Assembly (NCBI GenBank): GCA_051294905.1
Contig: CM119372.1
Location: 31,684,001 to 31,748,000 of the forward strand
Reading direction: 5' to 3'
DNA from: Botryllus schlosseri
Lineage: Eukaryota
Length of the DNA: 64,000 bases
Below the pieces are notes generated by a model. That model was not told the DNA's origin, did no database searches, and saw only the letters and a program-made list of their open reading frames with translations. This document shows, in pieces, positions 59,401-64,000 of the stretch. Position numbers and translations under genes: made by a program. The number at the start of each line of letters is the position of its first letter. The stretch's first letter is position 1.

Positions 59401-60015
59401 ATTTACCCCGATCGCCGAGTTTAATATTTCGTGTGCATATATAGGTTAAATTTATTTTAAATCTCTGTCCTATAGCATAAGAATCCGATCCTGGAGAACA
59501 CATCTCTGTCTGTGGCGCACAAGGCCGGAAAGAACGACAGGCACCACTTAAAACTCACGATTAATATTAACTATAATAATAATCTAAAAGATCACGTTAT
59601 TGGGCACTATCATATTTTTCGGAAGGCCTTGAATGTACCACTGGACTAAAATTACACTTGTGCTCGTGAATCACAACATACTCTGTAATTTCGATTCTTC
59701 ATTTTCAGTCATTTCTACCTCTGCAGCCCTTGCCAATTCTTCACCTACCGCAATTTGGTAATCTGACCTCTTCATTTATTATACAGGAATAACAATTTGA
59801 CTGTATTACTGAAATTTTAAATATTTACTCCAATCTCTCCATTTTCCTTAGGAGGCAGGTCGCTCCCCGGATTATGTGTGTATTTAGCAGTTTTACTGTG
59901 AATAAAGAAGATAATAATATAATCATTAACGAGAATAATAGTTTCGATACGATTTTCCACTGTTAAAGGCTGTAAACCTTGATTGGTCGTATCTCTGCAT
60001 ACGAATCATGTAGGC

Positions 60016-60927
60016 CAGTGATCGGGAACCTTTTTTGTCAGAAGAGCCATATTGGCCCTATATTTTCCATCTCAACTCCCAAAGAGCCATACATGTCAAT
60101 CAACGGTTACGTCACAATTGAAAATCTGTGACGTCATGACAGCACTTATTCGAACTGATTACATGGGATTCTTCGTGTGCGCCATATTTTCTTTGTAAAA
60201 ACTGGTAGTTATTGTTCGAAAATAAAGCTCGAACGAGAGTTGAAGCACAGACGGCCAAGCTTCAACATTAATAACGCAATTCATCGTGAGTAGCTTAGAA
60301 TTTATTATAACCGATATTAATCGAATGTGAATGTCACACCAATTCCGAAAATCTAAATGCTTATCGACTTCTCAATTCTCAAAGTATTTAGCGGTACTAT
60401 AACGTTGCGCCGCAGGCATAAATTTTATCGTTGGTACCACAGGAGAGCTATACTTACCAATCAAGAACGTGGAAACCTATGGCGTTGTTTGTAATTGTGA
60501 ATTTCACATCCACAACAGTTCATTTCGCGTCGTAGATCAGGAAGAAAGTGTATGTATTTGAAAACTCCGTTTTGAAATGGACGTCGCCATGTCTACTATG
60601 CTCTTTGATTAATCAACGTATCTCACAATTCAAGATTTCGAGTAGGGTAGAATTCTCTAGTGATGTTGGCCGCCGGCATGACAGTAACATAAATTTGATG
60701 ATATTGAAAAGAGGGGGTCCGAGCCCCTAAACCTGAAGAGGGCGTTGTCGTTACCTCTCAAAGACATGTTTATACTGCCACAAGAATAATTATTCTCGCC
60801 GTGATGAAAATTTACCAACAAGTCGCTGCAATATTGATCAATTCAGTACAAAAATAATGGCAAAGAGCCATATCTTATACCCAAAAGAACCATATATGGC
60901 TCGCGAGCCATAGGTTCCCGACCACTG
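60016..60927. mobile_element. hAT MITE
   Basis: cagtgatcgggaacc / ggttcccgaccactg; perfect TSD atgtaggc; aagagccata motifs. Confidence 0.88.
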
Positions 60928-61312
60928 ATGTAGGCTATAGTAAAACGACGCACGTTGGTGGAACTGATGGCATTATATTCTTGCGCATAAACGGACACTT
61001 TTGAACTCTCACGTCATTCATGCTGTTGTGACGTCTTAATGAGTGATACCAAAATACTCGATTCGACTCGAAGCCTAATAACCGATTCAGAATCGAATCA
61101 CTCAGGTACTCGATTTCGCCCAACCCCGCATTTGAGCACACATAATATGAGCATATGGGAGTTTATGACCGTAAAACTACCCAACATGGAGCCCCAGCGC
61201 AATCCTAACTCAACATTAACCCCACTGCTAACCTAACCCTATTCCACATGCTGAAGTGTAACACGCTCATGTCGCTCATATATGTCCAATCCGAGGAACG
61301 GATAATCTATAT

Positions 61313-61798
61313 CAGTGTTTCTCAACCTTTTTGACCTCGCGGACCGGTAAAACTTCATACAAATGTTGCGGACCGGTGGACGGTCAAAAACCAAAATTTG
61401 CCTAAGTTTAATTACGAAAAATTCATGAAACTTTATTGTAATGCTGGGAACTTGTCGCATGCTCATATGTCCACGGGCAGTAACAAATAGCTTGTCCGAA
61501 ACGAATTGTAGGCTAATTTTAAACGGTTTCGTATAACACTTACACCTGTGACGTAGGCCTACGCTGAAAGTAGACCATAACCTGTCTATTTGCGACACCA
61601 TACAAGAAATACGTTCCACACTTCTAAATAAATTTAGAACTTGATGTTTTGTTTCTCCAATTAATGGACACCCGCTCAATTTATTTCGTTTTGGAATTGA
61701 GATATAAAATTCTAATATATCTGGCGGACCGGCAGGAAACCTGCAACGGACCGGCATCGGTCAGCGTTACTGAGCGGGCCGGCGGTCGAGAACCACTG
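61313..61798. mobile_element. hAT MITE
   Basis: cagtgtttctcaacc / ggtcgagaaccactg; TSD atctatat/atctaaat. Confidence 0.85.
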
Positions 61799-62681
61799 AT
61801 CTAAATTACTTGTAATTCCTGTCATCTTCAAATCACTGCTCATGGACTTATTCAGCTTTATGGTTGATATGTTTATAGCAAAGCAGTGTAGTTTGTGCAT
61901 TAGTTCCAATTCCAAAGCTTGTTAATTCTGTACTGCCTTTTTGCGTCGCGTTGTCGCAATGGAATGTGACATTTACGTAGAATTAGGAAATACTATTTTA
62001 TGGCGGGCTAAGCCTACGAAGTAGTATCATTTGAATAGTATATTCATATTGAAATGAGCCCGAATATTTTCGGCTGACACTCGTCAGGGGTAGTCGTCAG
62101 CACTAATAGAGAATGGGGAAGAACATTGTATATCAACAATTGCATCACAAAATATGACGTCACCAGCATGAAATGAGATCTCAAATAAGAGAGCGTTCAA
62201 TGTACTATTTTAAGATGGTACACGAACTCAACGTATAAACTAGCATGTCCCTAGATATATCAGAACACGTGCATCTCGCTCGGTGAAAAGCTCACCCTTG
62301 ACTCATCCGCTCAAGCTTTAGGCTGAGCGTTCAAAGGCCATAAATTCTGCCATTGGCCAACATCTGTTGGATAATCTCACTTGTGCGAAAAATTATCGAG
62401 ACGACAGATTTCGCGTCATCGGGAGAGGCCACTCTCGCTTTCATATGTGTGTCTCGGAGTCGACCTTTATCAAAATACATCAGTCCAAGCTTTGTCTATA
62501 GGAGTTCCTATACCATCTTAAAATAGTACATTGAATGCTCTCTTATTCGAGATCTCATTTCATGCTGGTGACGTCATATTTCGTGATACGATTGTTGATG
62601 TACGATGTTCTTTCCAATTCTCTACTAGTTTCTAACGATTACCCTAACGGCACCCAGTTTGGGAATGACTGCTTTAGAAAT

Positions 62682-63350
62682 TCAGAGCATTGGGCAGGGA
62701 TTTCTCTCCTTACCAATAACAGATAGCTAGCTCTCTTTGGGACTCACATCAGCGTCTCCGATTTCAAATGCGTTGCCGCACTGCGCGATGAAGCGGCAAT
62801 CTCCTCGTCGAGGCTCGGGAATATTAACTAGATTCCCGTTAAACTAGGCTTACCATACGTCCTCTTTTAAGAGGATTTGTCCTCTTTTTTGACATTTTTG
62901 AAAGTGTCCTCGGAGGACGCCCTTTTGTCCTCTTTTTTGAGATTTTGTCCTCTTTTTTGAAAATTTAGGTCTGATATGCCGCAAATTAGCACAGAAGTGA
63001 CGGTCCGGCGGATATTTCGGAGTGAAAAACGGTGAATTTAGCTCTGAGCGAAAAGATGACCTAATTTTTTTTTTTTTTTTAGTCAACCGACCGCAAAGTG
63101 GGGAAAATTCACTGGTTTTTGAGAATTCTACTCCGTTTTTGTATCTTGCAAATTTCTGAAAAAGTGTCCTCTTTTTGCATTTTCAAAATATGGTAAGCCT
63201 ACGTTAAACCTTTGAGAGGCCGCAAACGAGCAATGCCCCGATCAAAAACTGAACTCGCATGTTCCTTATGGTCGACTGACCCATGTTCAACTGCTCTTCA
63301 TATGGAACTATTCTCCAATTCGACCTTGAAAGATCTCATTTGAATATTTG
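62682..63350 (-). pseudogene. Decayed 28S (LSU) rRNA gene fragment, split by a MITE
   Basis: Minus strand caaatattcaaatgagatctttcaaggtcgaattggagaatagttccatatgaagagcagttgaacatgggtcagtcg, then gggaatctagttaatattcccga...cagtgcggcaacgca..cggagacgc, then tgcccaatgctctgaat; all resemble conserved LSU core sequence. Confidence 0.8.
62845..63201. mobile_element. hAT MITE inserted in the 28S fragment
   Basis: taggcttaccata / tatggtaagccta; perfect TSD cgttaaac; tgtcctc repeats. Confidence 0.9.
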
Positions 63351-64000
63351 GTCCTGATGGGCGACGTGGCGACAGCGGTTACCGCGTTGGTACCGCTGCC
63401 TTACGTTAACCAATTTCAGAAAGAATGATCGATCTTGACGGTACTCATGTAGAAGCATGTCCACAACCTTCAGTAAAACTATCTGTTTGTGAAATAGCAT
63501 GCACCGTGACAATCTCAACAATTTTACTTGCTTTGCTTTGTCGTCAGCAAATGATGCTTATTCAACCAATTAATGAAATTAAAATCTAGTAGGCGTACGG
63601 GGTCAATCTTGATTTCATATGTTTATTGTATCATAAAAACCAAATCAGTGCGATTGGGGTGTTGGCTACTGCTGTATAATTTGTTAATGGGGTAATATCG
63701 GTAGCAAGTATACAAACCCGTTTTACACTCTGCTCAATATCAGCGTAGCAATACTTAGACACCGAATACAATGTCCGGTCTGGCCTAGACTGTCCAGGCG
63801 TAAGCTTATATTTCCTTACAAGTCCTCGTCAAAATTGTTGGCAAAGAGACGGATGATATTGATTTTATGGGATTATTATATCATTTGAATGCCCCAGTTG
63901 ATACATTTGGCGACGTCTAGAATGTCAATATGTACTTCAACATTGTGGCATTGTGGCCCGAGTCGTCGCCAGGTATCGTGTACCTGTACAATGTACATTA

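Noticed and set aside
61239..61757. 172-aa minus-strand ORF
   Set aside because: Lies across a MITE and its boundary; no domain recognised

Overview
AT-rich eukaryotic (animal, invertebrate-like; a tunicate-type genome is my guess, not demonstrable here) genomic DNA. It holds four intact protein-coding genes. (1) A short LAS1-like HEPN ribonuclease with an intronless CDS (minus, 1751-2518). (2) Head-to-head with it, a 15-exon ERMP1-like M28 metallopeptidase that I could splice in frame from 3866 to 26824 (~895 aa). (3,4) Two near-identical single-exon class A GPCRs (40152-41102 and 46209-47159, minus) inside a tandem segmental duplication. Most of the rest is transposon-derived: many hAT-type MITEs with 8-bp TSDs, piggyBac-like TTAA elements, a Harbinger-like element, tRNA-derived SINEs, decayed Chapaev3-, hATm-, SPIN/Buster- and Gypsy-like coding remnants, and a decayed 28S rDNA fragment. 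The most notable observations are a naturally 'minimal' LAS1 (HEPN plus C-terminal tail, no coiled-coil), a decayed hAT-like transposase of a type I recall mainly from oomycetes, bryophytes and red algae, a six-level nested transposon stack, and a GPCR duplicate pair differing by two extracellular N-glycosylation sequons. Family assignments come from motif recognition from memory; no searches were run.
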